Assembly: GCA_050084985.1 (NCBI GenBank) | Contig: JBITNC010000002.1 | Span: 20,832,001 to 20,896,000, forward strand | Length of the DNA stretch: 64,000 nucleotides | Direction of reading: 5' to 3' | Source of the DNA: Nageia nagi | Lineage: Eukaryota; Plantae; Pinophyta | Notes under the pieces: model-generated | Told to the model about the DNA's origin: nothing | Seen by the model: only the letters and a program-made list of their open reading frames with translations | Databases searched by the model: none | In this document: positions 13,989 to 26,754 of the stretch, one piece after another | Layout: each line of letters opens with the position of its first letter | Numbering within the stretch: the first letter of the stretch is position 1 | Program-made: the position numbers and the translations under genes

Positions 13989-15418
13989 TGTTTATGGAAA
14001 TTGAGTAATATATGCACTCTTGAGTAATTCAACCAAAGTATATCATGAACATGCTAACACAATAACTTGATCTCTAGAGTAAGTCATTTCCTTATCCATT
14101 AGGGTAGATGAAAAGAGCAAATAAAGAAAGAAATGAAAGAGGATAGAGTGCAAGAAATAAAACAAAAGAGATAGGAAGCAAGAGTAAAGAAAAAGGGGCA
14201 GATCACTAGTTTAGCATAGGCTTTCACATAGCATGAAACCTTAGCAAGAATTTAGTGCAACAACCATGGTGTAAGCTTTCATTCTCTAAATTATTCTTTA
14301 GCTTAACTCTTCCATATAAGCAGACATAATTATACCAACAACTAGTTGTTATCATTTAGGAAATATCCATTACTTGCCACAATATAACCAAATTAAAAAT
14401 AATAACACCAAGTGTTGGACAAGAAAGGTCAAGATGGCATTATATAATTGATAGAATAAAAGGTCTTCAAAAATAAATACAAGGGCCAATACTAGGGATT
14501 TCGACCCTTTTCCTTGCTTCAACTAAATTTATACTAGGCTAGAGCGGTTATGTAAAGATTGAAACAAAATAGTTACAAAATGGCCCAAAGATTCTATCCT
14601 TCTTCTAATAAATAGCTAACTATCCCTGCCACATGGTGTTTTATTCCTAAAAATTGAAAGGTCTAAAACTATAACTACCTATAAATTATGCATGTTTTGA
14701 ACTTGTATTACAATTATGAAAGGTTTTTTGTTCGACTATAGTGATTTTAGAGTTTCTTCATCTCCCAATGGTTATTCCATAGCCTTCTTGATCTTCGACA
14801 CATGTTTCAAAGTTCTTTGGTGAAGTTTTGCTTGGGAAAAGATTCCTTTTGTTACATCTGTCATCATTGGTTTCCTAAACATCTGATTTGAAAGTTCTTT
14901 TATTTTGTTGATGTCACCTCTTTTGCACCTTTGTAAGGTGAAGCAAATAACTCTAGGAGATTTTGGTCTTACTCATGATGTCATCCTTCTCTGGACCTAT
15001 TCTTTTAGCCAAAATGGGTTTCACTTTATTTCATTGATGTTACATTCTTTCGTGCTTTGGAATCAATTAACTTAGCCATAATGGAACTTTTAACACTACC
15101 TGCTAACATCACTACTCCTGGGATTTAGTTTTAGACAAGCCTCTACTCTGCTAACATCACTTCCTTTTATGCCCCAAAACACTTTGCTGTCATGGAAATT
15201 TTAACACTACTTGTTGACATTACTACTCTTGAGGTCCTATTTTAGATAAGCCTATATTATGTTGACATCACTTCCTTTTATGTCCCAAAAATTGCTATAA
15301 TTAGTGCATTTTCTCATCAAAACTATTTGGAAGCTTGCTAAAACACTCTTCTTTTAGATAAGTAAGGGCAATATGTGTTAAGAAGCTACTAGGGTATTGG
15401 GCTATGTATGCATATACA
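13989..15418 (-). repeat. 3' LTR of the Tat element (1430 bp; contains a 2x ~112-bp tandem at ~15080-15290)
   Basis: TG...CA ends; colinear with 25408-26749 except for ~95 bp extra at ~14655-14750. Confidence 0.93.
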
Positions 15419-15559
15419 TTTTGGCAACATCTACAAGAAAATTTCACTTTTCATATAAGATATTTTGGACCTAGCATAAAACTTTGGAAAGGGAAAGAGA
15501 CCAAGCTTCAATTCTATAAACTTAGGAATTGCTGAACCTTTCCCCAATTTGTGTGTGTT

Positions 15560-18500
15560 CTGGAGAAGTCTTTTAACCTTGATCGAGCTAAAGCTGTAAT
15601 GTTCAAAACTTCATAAGACATTTGCTCATGTTTTTTAACAATTAACATAAACTAACCCCAACTTGTGCCCAAGAATCAAAGAGTTTTAACAAGTTTACCT
15701 CATCAAAAGAAGATAGCAGTGCTTCCACATCATCAACCTGCTTACTAATTTTTTGAATATTCTTTAGGAATTCTAATTTTGACATCGATGAGTTATCAAT
15801 CCTCCATAATTTTGGGACTCCTAATGTGGATAGCTTTTATAACTCTACCTTCAGAGTCTCCATCCCTTGCACTTGATTTAAAATACTATTTTCAATCTCC
15901 TAATAGACCCATTTTCCCTACATTGGGTAATTGATTACCGCCATGAGTTCAACTTGATATTCGATATTAGGGCCTATAAAGCTTCATTGAAAATTTCATT
16001 TAATTTCTTGTTTGCCCTCTTAACTTCCTCTAGTATAGGAAAGAGGATACCCTCATTCCTACTAACATCTAATTCAAGCCATTTCAATTCTAACAAACAT
16101 ATTTCCACATGGTCCTTTAGATGAATCAAGTCCTTGATTTCTTGGGACCTCTATTCCCAAACTTTTGCCTTTATAGTTAGCAAGAAATCTCTATCTATTT
16201 TGTACTTGCTCATGCTCTATTGCAATTAATTTATATTGGCATTTAGGCTATCAATAATTGAATCTTTTGATGCAACTTCTACCATCCTTATGGCCATTTC
16301 CACATCTTTTTTGGCAATAATGGCATCCTTTTTATTCATGCTATCAATAGTAGGAGCTGAAGCTAAACTTGCTCTCAAAATAACTACATCATTGTTGATA
16401 GCTTTTAGCTTGATAATTTATGTATCCAACTACTTCTTTATCATTTCATGAGCTTTCTGAAGCTTATTACTTGGCTTCTAGCTTGGTTAACTCTAATATA
16501 TTCAATTCTATAGTAGTTTGCAACAACTCATTCTTGCCACTCTAGGAAATGCTTCTCATGTCAATTTTCACCTGGGTATTCATGGAAGTCAAATCACTCC
16601 ACGCTTCTTAGAGATCTTGGGCTATAGCCATCTCCAGCACTTTATTTTTTGAATATATAGAATTTTGAAGCCTTACTAGATTATCTGACACTGGGATCTT
16701 CTTCAATTGCTTCTCCATCCATTCTTCTTGATTGCTCTTCATTTGTTGGTATTATTGCATAATACCATCAATAGACATTTGCTGCCCATATATAGTGATA
16801 AATGGAGAACCAACACCCAAATATTGGGAGAGGGGGGCCAAAACTTATTTTGTTGGTGTCATAAAACTAGCATGGTTGGGACCTGGGCTACTGCTATTAA
16901 TAGGATTTATTGGGAATTATGGTGGTGATGATGGTGGGGGTGATGATTGGTATAGTGATGATATCAGTGAGAGGAGTAACAGGGGAGATCGATGTGGAAT
17001 GAGTAGGATTATGACATTAGGAAGGTAGAGATAACATAGAAATTGGTTGTGTGGTGGGTATTAGAGAGGTTATCACAATTATAGAAAGGGTGCTTGAGTA
17101 GAAATGGGTGAGATAACTTGAATAGTAGAGGTATCTGAAAGAGAAGTAGAAAGAGGAGAGAAAGAAAGTGTACCTATTTGAGTGGATGTCTTCCTCTTCT
17201 TTTTAGGTGAAATGGGGGCCTTCTAAGCTTTCCTCTTTATTATATACACTTCTCACCCTTTTGGTGTCTCTTGTACAGCTTGGGAGGTAACCTCGCTAGC
17301 CTGTTCTCTAGCTTGCTCTTCTTGGCTAATCCTTTGGGCTTTTGGTTGATCTTCTTCTTCTTCTTCATCATCACTTTTAGGATACTCTTCAATAGGGTCA
17401 TCTAAAGGGTGCTCCATATTCCACATATCTTTGAACACATTATCAAGATTAGACTCAAGAGGAGTGAATTTGTTCCCTAATTCAATTTGGTATTGGTTAA
17501 CTGCAATAATTTTCTTCTCACTCCACTTAAGCCTCCTCAATGTGGCCAAAGATTTTTTGGGGATTAAATCCATACTTGGATTAAAAGCTACCTTCTTTTC
17601 ATAAAAACTCATCCATGATGGTAGCAAATCTTTAGCAATCAAAGATATAGGCATCAATTTATCTTTCTCCCCTAAATTTCTCCATTGATCTAACTCAGGT
17701 TTAGCTTTTGCTTTGAAGGTAGGAGGATTGGGTTGATTTTTTAACCTTTTACCAAACACATCTTCAAGATCGTATAACCTATACTGATTGATCCTTTTCA
17801 ATTTCAACTTGAGTAGATTCTCCTTCAGTTGGTCACCTCCTCCTCTAGTTTGGAGTACCAAGTTATGCACTTTATGGGATAAAGCATAAAATAATCTCTT
17901 CTTAGTTGTAGCTTCGTATTTTGCATCTACATAGTCTATTTATCATTCATACTCCATACTAAAGATCTAATCAATGACATGTATAGGCAATAAGAAAGGG
18001 GCACTAGTAAAACCATAAAGTTTGATGAATGTTCCCTCTTTAGTGAAGAACCAATCCCCAATATCATCATAAGGCATCTGAAGATACAATTTTGATGCTT
18101 CTAATAGCCTTGGAATTTTAGGAGCAAAGAGACTCATGGTTGGAACTAAGAAATTTTCCACAAAGCCATAGTAATCGATCGATGACCTTACTTCCTTAGT
18201 CCATTTATCCACAGACCTGAGGGACCCATCTCCTTCATGCCTAGTTAGGGTTAAATTTTTGAAGAATCTCAAATTTTGATGGATTAATAACCAAATAATA
18301 TATGACACAAATGCAAAGTGAGACCCCTGATCAATTTCTTCTAGTTGTTCTAAAATCTTATCTAAAATAGGAACATCCCAATCATAAATGGTAGGAGTAT
18401 TCAGATGAGAGACCTGGTAGGCTATTGCAAGCTTTACTAGTGAAATATATTTATCTGAACTTTCCTTGATTGCTATAGATAACATAAATAACAACAATTG

Positions 18501-18990
18501 TAAATGCAAAGAGAAATTGGATAGCAACACTTTAGAATTTGGAACTTCTAAAAAATTTATAACACCTTCCACATTCCTATTCAACCAAGATAGGATATTC
18601 ATCCTCGTGTTGGAGCTTGGTCTTATATCCCAATTTATCAAGATAAGGGGAGAAAATAGGGTAGGTGGATTAAAAATGCTTGCTAGAGACATCTTGTAAA
18701 TTTCTTATGACCCTCATTGTAGGATCAAATGCCCCTTTTGTTAGCTCTATCATTCTGGAATTGGAAAACATCTATGGGGAAAAAAATACATGAGCCCCAA
18801 CCCCATTGGTGTATGAGCAAAATGATTAAATCCAAAAATAAGACACTTACCTTCTATGATTCCCTTTGGATTCTTATTCTAAGTTGTTATTTCAGTATCC
18901 CATAGCAAATCTATTGAATCTACAACCCTTTTAACTACCCTTCCTAGAGTAGGCACCATATTCCTTTTAGATTGCACTTCCAAGTATACT
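15560..18990 (-). pseudogene. Degenerate extra ORF downstream of integrase in the Tat element (sense to pol), function unknown
   Basis: ORF-track segments 17967-18692 and 17253-17870 are in the same frame and continue through point stops into KRKA*KAPISPKKKRK, an S/T/P-rich tract (~16880-17180) and coiled-coil-like sequence (~15700-16500). Outer limits approximate. Confidence 0.7.
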
Positions 18991-19479
18991 ATGCTTTGAC
19001 TTAACAATTTTGAATGATGCTATGCATTTGTCAACTCTATTGAAGACTAGGAAATTAGATAATTACTACTCTTTGAAAGCTCTAGAGTTTGTATGTTTTA
19101 AAATGTGTTGCCTTCGCTACTTTTATGCTTAAATTCCCATGCCTTGTATTTGCTTTTTCAATCGTGTGATATAACTACTACATCATTTGCATTAATAACT
19201 AATTTGATACTATTAGGTTTTTCTTGGGAACCCTAATTCCAATAGTGCTAAAAATGCCCTAAGCCATTGATATTATCATTGAACAAAATTTACTGATATT
19301 TTGGGAATTAAATTCAAAACATGCCATATTTACAATATTTACAAGGGTAGTAAATTCTCTTTTAAAGGCATTCTCTTGCCCATGCAAGCTTGTAATGTTT
19401 CAAATGCTACTTGTTTACTAAAATTGGTAGCTTCCATCCATTCAACTTGGCTATTTCAAAGGAATTTCTCCCAATGCAT

Positions 19480-22400
19480 TTGGCTATGATGTATGGTCTT
19501 GAACACAAAGATTCGAACTTCTTATGCTTTTCGAGCTTGGCTCTATCTTTGTCCCATTTTAAGACAAGGTATCCTTATTTAAAGATGTCCAAAGAAGCTT
19601 TTTAGGTATCAAACCATTTCTTTACAACTTCATTTATCTTTTGTAAATCTAGATACACCTTATTCCAGGACTCTTCTAGATGTAATAATTCATTCATCTG
19701 CACTTGAAGTGGTTCAAATTCTTCACTGTATTCTTGAAGTATTCTCAAAGTAGGAAGCTCTATATGACTAGGTAGCAAAGCCCTTTTCCCATATACCAAC
19801 ACATATGGATTGGCCTTAATAGCTAACTTTATAGTGATTCTATCTACCCATAATGCCTAATTTAGCTTCTCATGCCAATTTTGGGGATTGTCCTCTATAG
19901 TTCTCTTAAGAATTCTTAACAAATTCTTATTTTTTGATTCAATGAGTCCATTACCCTATGGATAGTAATTTGAGGAAGTTTTCCAATAGATTTCATATCT
20001 CATAGCAAAATTGATGATATCTATCCCTACAAATGCCAAGCCATTGTCAGAGATGATCATTTGAGGGATTCCATACCTGCTAATAAGCTTTTTAATGAAT
20101 TTTAGAATAATTTTCTAATTTGCCTCTTTCACAACTTCTACTTCAGCCCATCTGGTGAAATAAGCAGTGGCGGTGAGGATGAATTTATGCCCAATCGAGG
20201 AATTTGGATTGATAATTCCAATAAAGTCTAATCCCCATTGTTGGAAGGGTTCTTCCACTTGGATTGGTTCTAATGATAAAGCTACCTTTCTCTTTCTACC
20301 TATAAACCTTTGACATTTCTCACAACATTGGACCTTTGCAAAAGCATCTTTAAACATAGTGGACCAATAATAACTTGCTTGAATTATCTTACCTACCATT
20401 GTATAACTAGAATAATGACCTTCAGATACCTTAGAATGAAACTCTTTCATCAACTTTGCTATCTTAGATGAAGGTATACACCTCAACAATATTCCATCAT
20501 GATTTCTCCTATACAACACTTAGTAAATTTTTGTATAATTTTGGGCATGGATTTTAAATCTTCTCCTCTATGATATGTCCAAATGCATGGGGAGTTTACC
20601 ATATTTGAAATACCTATTTAATTGGCCCATCAATCATCTTCCTCCATACCTAGTTCCTCATTCAGAATTACTTGTTTGGTGAAATACACACTATCTTTTG
20701 CTTCTACAACATCTCTGGCTAATTATTCACAAAAGGCCTTTCCCTTATGAGTTTAGTAGGTCTCATTTCCACATCATATCTTAAAATTTTAGAAATCCAT
20801 CCAGGTATCCCCTCTCTAATTTCTCCTTGCATTACATAAAATCTAACATCTGGATGTATAGTTAAGACTAGGACTCTGCTCTGACTTATATAATGTTTCA
20901 ACTTTCCCAAAGACTTTAGTATTTCTAGGACCTATTTTTTCTATGAAAGTGTACTTCTCTTCACTCTTATTCATAGTTTGAAAAAAAAAAGCAATAGGAT
21001 ATTCCTCATACTTTTCAAATTTCTACATTAGGATGGTTGTAATACTTAAACTAGAGCCATACACATACAAAATGAATTCTTGGCTAAAATCTAGGTTTCT
21101 TAAGATAATTGACCTATTTATTACAAATTTGATTCTTTGAAATGATTCTTTTCCTTCTTTAGTTCATTTGAACACAACATTTTTGTTTAACATGAAAGTA
21201 ATAGGCTTAACAATGCTTGACAAATATTGAAGAAATCTTCTTAGAAAGTTAATCTATCTTAGAAAATATTGTAAGGCCTTTTTGTTTGAAGGGAGAGATA
21301 GTTTATCTATTGCTTCTATCCTATCCAGATCGATAGCCCAACCTTATTTTGAAATGACATGTCCAAGAAGCTTTCCTTCATATACTAAAAATATAGACTT
21401 TTTTGGATTTAAGAAAATTTTATACCTTTTGCATTTGATAAAAGCCTACTCTAGATGCTGCACATGGGAATTTCTATCATGAAAGAAAATAGTGATATCA
21501 TGCAAATATACTAGCACACTTTTATTTACCATTTCTTCAAAAGCATAGTCCATAGCTCTTTGAAAGGTTTCTCATGCATTTGAGAATCAAAAAGGCATTC
21601 TTTAGAAAGCAAACATTCCCCATTTAGTTGTAAAAGCCATTTGAATTGATCTTCATTTTTTACCTAAACTTGGTTATACCCCAAAAAACCATCTAGTAAT
21701 GAGAATATTTTTGCTCTGACCATAGTATTCAATATTTGTTCCATAGGTAGTAGAGGATAATGATATTTTAATGAGACTCTATTTAAGAGGATAATTATCT
21801 TTTAATGAAACTCTATTTAAACCTCTAAAATCTACACATAATTGAATATCTCTATTTTTCTTTCTAACTGGGACCAAGTTTGCTACCCATGTAGAATGTT
21901 TAATAGGATATATGATACTAACTTTATATAATTTTAGAACTTCTTATTTCATCACCACTTCAATATTGGGGTTTACTGGCATTTGCTTTTGTCTAATAAG
22001 CTTGGCATCTTCAATCAATTCTATCATATGCTAAATTATAGATTTATCAAGAACCTTTAGGTCATCATATGACTAAGCAATTACATCAGCAAAAACTCTA
22101 CATAGCTAAATAATCTCTTTGATTAGATCAAGGTTGTTACATATGCTAATTTTTAATTTTTTTTTGAGAATAATTCCATACTTCTTATGATTATCAAGGT
22201 TTATAATTATACCCTTTCTTCTTACTTGGTCATTTTTATCGAATAACCCTTTGAATGGGATCAGATCTCTAGGAATTATATTATTGTTCAATTAGATTAT
22301 ATCTTGTTCCCAAAAGATGTCAACATCTTCTTCTCCTACCACATGATATACAGATTGCTACAACAAAAACTAATTGATTTGAGCCTCATATCTAAATACT

Positions 22401-25264
22401 TTCCAAAAGGAATTATTATCCAAAATAAAAGGTCTAAAGATAAGTTGAACCCCCTTTTCTAGAACCAGTCATTAGTGGGGTCAAAAGTGGCTCCCATTTG
22501 AGCCAGTGCATCAACTTCATGATTCAATTTCCTTGGAATGGAGTGTATGTACAAAGATTAAAATTTTTCAAATAGATCCCACACTCTATTCCTATAGGAA
22601 TTTAAATAATGATGTTTAACAGAAGACTTGCTTATGACTTGGTTTATAATCAACTCTAAGTATCCTTTAATTTTCACACACCAGATCTACATTTTAACTG
22701 CTTACTCCAGGCCAAGGAAAAAGGCTTCATACTTAGCTACATTATTGGTGCACATCCATATGAGCCTATAAGAGAATTTATGAATTTTTCCCATTGGATC
22801 AATTAGGACAATCCCAATACTCAACCCATTTCTAGATTTGGCTCCATCAAAGAACATTTCCTAGACTTCACCTCTTCTAAACTCTTTGGTAGTGAGCTTT
22901 GGGATGAAAGGCTTCGGTTCCATAAAATAATAATTCCTAAAATCCATATCATAAATGGTGTAAAGCATATTCATAGACATGGGGTCTTCAATTTGCAATT
23001 CTTCCAACAATAGTTCACTCTCTTCTAACTCACTCATGATTGTATTAATATCCTCCTTCTTTTCTACATGAACATCAAATTTTTTTTCATTATCTAACCT
23101 TATTTTGTTATTCCCATAAGGAATTAAATAATGAGTGTAATCAATTGCTAAATATCCCCTATTTTCACTATGAATTCTCTAGATAGACATAACTTGAAAA
23201 GAGGGGGAAGTTCAACTACTACAATTTCTTGAGTGATTACCACAGAAGGACACTTATGTATATTCAAAACTATATCCTTGATAACTCCAACAATTTTAGC
23301 TAGGGCTGATTCTAACTAAAACACTCCTAAGGATGTTTTAGTGAGAGGTAGCCCCATCACATCACATACTGCTTTAGGCATGATGGTAGTGGCTACTTCG
23401 AAATCAACTAGACAGTTATGTAGCACATACCCCTCGACCTCTAAAGTCATATAAAAAGATAGTGGTTTATTTTTTCCCATCCTTAGATATTTGGATGTCT
23501 CAAAAAAGATTCAATACCCTATCCATTCCTTCATTTAATGCTGTAAGAGATGCCCTAAGTAAATCAATTTGTCTAGGGATTTTTAAAGCATCAAATAAAG
23601 ATATCTTTGAAGGGGTTCTTTTTAATTCTTCCATAATATTGAAATCATGAATGATTAGAGGCTTACCTTATTTATCAACAAACCTTTGTTGAAATTATTG
23701 AGTATCATTTGGTGAGCAAGGGGAAACTTAACTTTTGGACCATTTAATCACCAACTTCATCAACTTTAGGCATTTGTCTAGCTTCCAGAATTGGAAATTT
23801 ATGAGATATAACCTCTTTTGGGAGTGTTGTGTTTGTAGAATCAGGACATATACTGGGCTTATTGGAGGTTATTAGATCATGACCTTTTGAATATTCAGCT
23901 CTTTTATTTGGTAGATTTGATACATGATGCCTCTTTGCAGACCTTGTTTCTACAACAAAAACACCTAAATCAACTGGGGCAAAATTCATCAAATTTACAT
24001 TTTGACTCAAGTCATTAGCCATGCTAGGTGGAGGAATTCCTCCACTTCTAGACAAATAGTCCTGATATTAATATATAGGGAAAGAAGTTTGTTCATGAGC
24101 ATCATTTCAAGTTAAACATAAGCCTACTATCTATCCAAAAGAAGAAGCTTGATCTGTATCTTCTAAAAACACATGTTGATTTTGAGCTTTTTCTACAGCT
24201 AGATATGGGAATCTCCTAGCATTATTTTGTCTACTCAAAAGGGTGATCTGGTTTGCCATGTTCCTACATAAAGCTTTCAATTCTTGTATCTCTCTTTGAG
24301 AGGAAGCTGCCTAATTTGTGCCTAAGTGATGTGGGGCTAGTAGAGCTAGAGGAACTCTTAGTGCATGTAAAGCTAATGGGAATTATTGAGCTGGTGTAGG
24401 AATACTAGCTAGAGGTGGGACCATACAAATTGTTGAGGGTCTTATTATCTAGTTTTGTAGTAACATTGGAAAGTATGGAATTGGCATATGGCTAGGTAGT
24501 TTTCCCATCAACATGAGATAAGCTTTAGCAAACATTTCTTATCTATAAACCTTCAAAAAAGTGGTTACTCTAGGATTTTGAACTTGCAAAGAGAGATTTG
24601 GGGGAAAGGCTCTCAAATAATACATCAAAGCTTAAGATTCTTGGGGCATAACTAGTATCGAAACCCTTTTCCAATATTTTTGGAACTTAATATTAAAATA
24701 TAGAATATTCTTCTATTCATGTCTTTTAATAGAGGTGAATTAAGTTAGTAAGGAGAAGGGGTCTCCTACTTCATTAAATTCTAGGATGAAAGGATTTATC
24801 AATTGAGCATAAAAAGTTATAGATTCACTAGTAAGGCTTCTGTACAAATCAAGGAACTTACCCTTGAAAGATTGTGCTAGCAATCTTACCATGATATCTT
24901 CATGCTAAATATTATGGAGCTTGGCCAAACCTGCTACATCCATATAGTGTTCATAGGATGTCTTCTCCATGGTGGTGTTAAACTCAAGTAGAGTTTTAAA
25001 GACATTTCCTAGGATATCATGTAATGCAACTAGAGCAAAAGGTACCCCATCATCACATGCAAGATAGATATTTGGAGTGAGATTAGCCATTTTAGGAGGA
25101 GCAGTTCCAGTATGAATGTCAAATGGTACTATTTTAAATAGAGATTCTAAAGTGTTGATACTACTCAAAGATCTAGACTTGATCAAGGTCTTTCTTCTAG
25201 GAGTACCAAGTTCTTTAAAATTCAGGACCTCTTTAGCTACTTTGGATTTTGATCTTGTCCACAT
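19480..25264 (-). pseudogene. Degenerate Tat gag-pol (gag, protease, archaeal-type RNase H, RT, RNase H, integrase)
   Basis: Gag start ~25264; PR LHNCLVDFEVATTIMP (~23380-23430); aRH FFDGAKS...CTNNVAKYEA (~22480-22870); RT AFTTKWGMFAF*RMPF and VYLHDI (~21490-21640); INT HHCC region plus PFQQWGLDFIG...YFTRWAE (20115-20519); C-terminal GPY-like tail ~19500. Confidence 0.93.
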
Positions 25265-25378
25265 AAACTCTAATAGTAACTAAAGAATTTATGTTCAAGA
25301 AGAAGGAATGAGAACTATAAATTGATCAATACACACCATCAATACTACTTTGAGTAGAGTCACCAATGGAAAATTTTG

Positions 25379-25397
25379 GGTCCCACTAAGCATGCCA
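25379..25397 (-). other. Primer-binding site, tRNA-Arg-like
   Basis: Minus-strand TGGCATGCTTAGTGGGACC resembles a transition-decayed TGGCACGCCCGGTGGGAC (complement of the plant tRNA-Arg(UCU) 3' end, from recall). Confidence 0.7.
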
Positions 25398-25407
25398 AAA
25401 GATATAC

Positions 25408-26749
25408 TATTGATGGAAATTGAGTAATATATACACTTTTGAGCAATTCAACCAAAGTATATCATGAACAGGCTAACATAGTAACCTGATCTCCGAAGTA
25501 GGCCAGTTCCTTATCTATTAGGGTAGATGAAAAGAGCAAATAACAAGAAAGAAATGAAAGAGGATAGAGTGAAAGAAATAAAACAAAAGAGATAGGGAGC
25601 AAGAGTAAAGCAAAAGGGGTAAATCACTAGTTTAGCATAGGCTTTCACATAATATGAAACCTTGGCGAGAATCTAGTGCAACAGCCATGGTGTAAGCTTT
25701 CATTCTCTAAATTATTCTTTAGCTTAACTCTTCCATATAAGTAGACACAGTTATACCAACAACTTGTTGTTATCATTTAGGAAATATCCATTACTTACCA
25801 CAATATAACCAAATTAAAAATAATAACACCAAGTGTTGGATAAGAAAGGTCAAGATGGCATTATATAACTAATAGAACAAAAGGTATTTGAAAATAAATA
25901 CAAGGGGAAATACTAGAGATTATGACCCATTTTCCTTATCTTCAACTAAATTTATACTAGGCTAGAGTGGTTACAAAAAGATTGAAACAAAATAGTTATA
26001 AAATGGCCCAAAGATTCTGGCCTTTTTTAATAAATAGCTAACTATCCCTACCACATGGCATTTTATTCCTAAAGATTCCAAAGTTTCTTCATCTCCCAAT
26101 GGTTGTTTTGGAGCCTTCTTGATCTTTGGCACATGTTTAGGAGTTCTTTGGTGAAGTTTTTCTTGGGCAGAGATTCCTTTTGTTACATATAACATCATTG
26201 GTTTCTTGAACATCTAATTTGAATGTTCTTTTATTTTGTTGATGTCATCTCTTTTGCACCTTTGTAAGGTGAAGCAAATAACTCTGAGAGATTTTGGTCT
26301 TACTCGTGATGTCATCCTTCTTTGAACCCATTCTTTTAGCCAAAATGGGTTTTGCTTTATTTTGCTAATGTTATATTCTTTCATGCTCTAGAATCAACTA
26401 ACTTAGCCATTGCAAAACTGTTAACACTACCTGCTGACATCACTGCTCCCAGGGTCCAGTTGTAGACAAGCCTCTACTCTGCTAACATCACTTACTTTTA
26501 TGCCCTAGAACACTTAGCCATCATTGAACTTTTAACATTACTTGCTAGCATCACTACTCCTAGGGTTTGATTTTATACAAGCCTCTATTTTGCTAACATC
26601 ACTCCCTTTTATGTCCCAAAAATTGCTATACTTTGTGCATTTTCTCATCAAAATTATTTGAAAGCTTCCTAAAACACTCTTCTTTTAGATAAGTAAGGAC
26701 AATATGCATTGAGAAGCTACTAGGGTATTGGGCTATGTATGCATATATA
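25408..26749 (-). repeat. 5' LTR of the Tat element (1342 bp)
   Basis: Colinear with 13989-15418; followed by TSD GGACT. Confidence 0.93.
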
Positions 26750-26754
26750 GGACT

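Larger units (their letters stand above)
13989..26749 (-). mobile_element. Full-length degenerate Ty3/gypsy, Tat clade (aRH between protease and RT), 12.76 kb
   Basis: LTRs at 13989-15418 and 25408-26749; perfect 5-bp TSD GGACT (13984-13988, 26750-26754). Removing the element restores the host copia frame EESIKCIFVG*SKESKAYKCYDP. tRNA-Arg-type PBS present. Confidence 0.95.

Noticed and set aside
16707-17028. Gly/Asp-rich plus-strand ORFs with a hydrophobic stretch
   Set aside because: Antisense reading of the S/T/P-rich tract of the Tat extra ORF.
15560-18990. Calling the Tat extra ORF an env gene
   Set aside because: No clear signal peptide or C-terminal transmembrane anchor seen; it carries an NLS-like motif instead.
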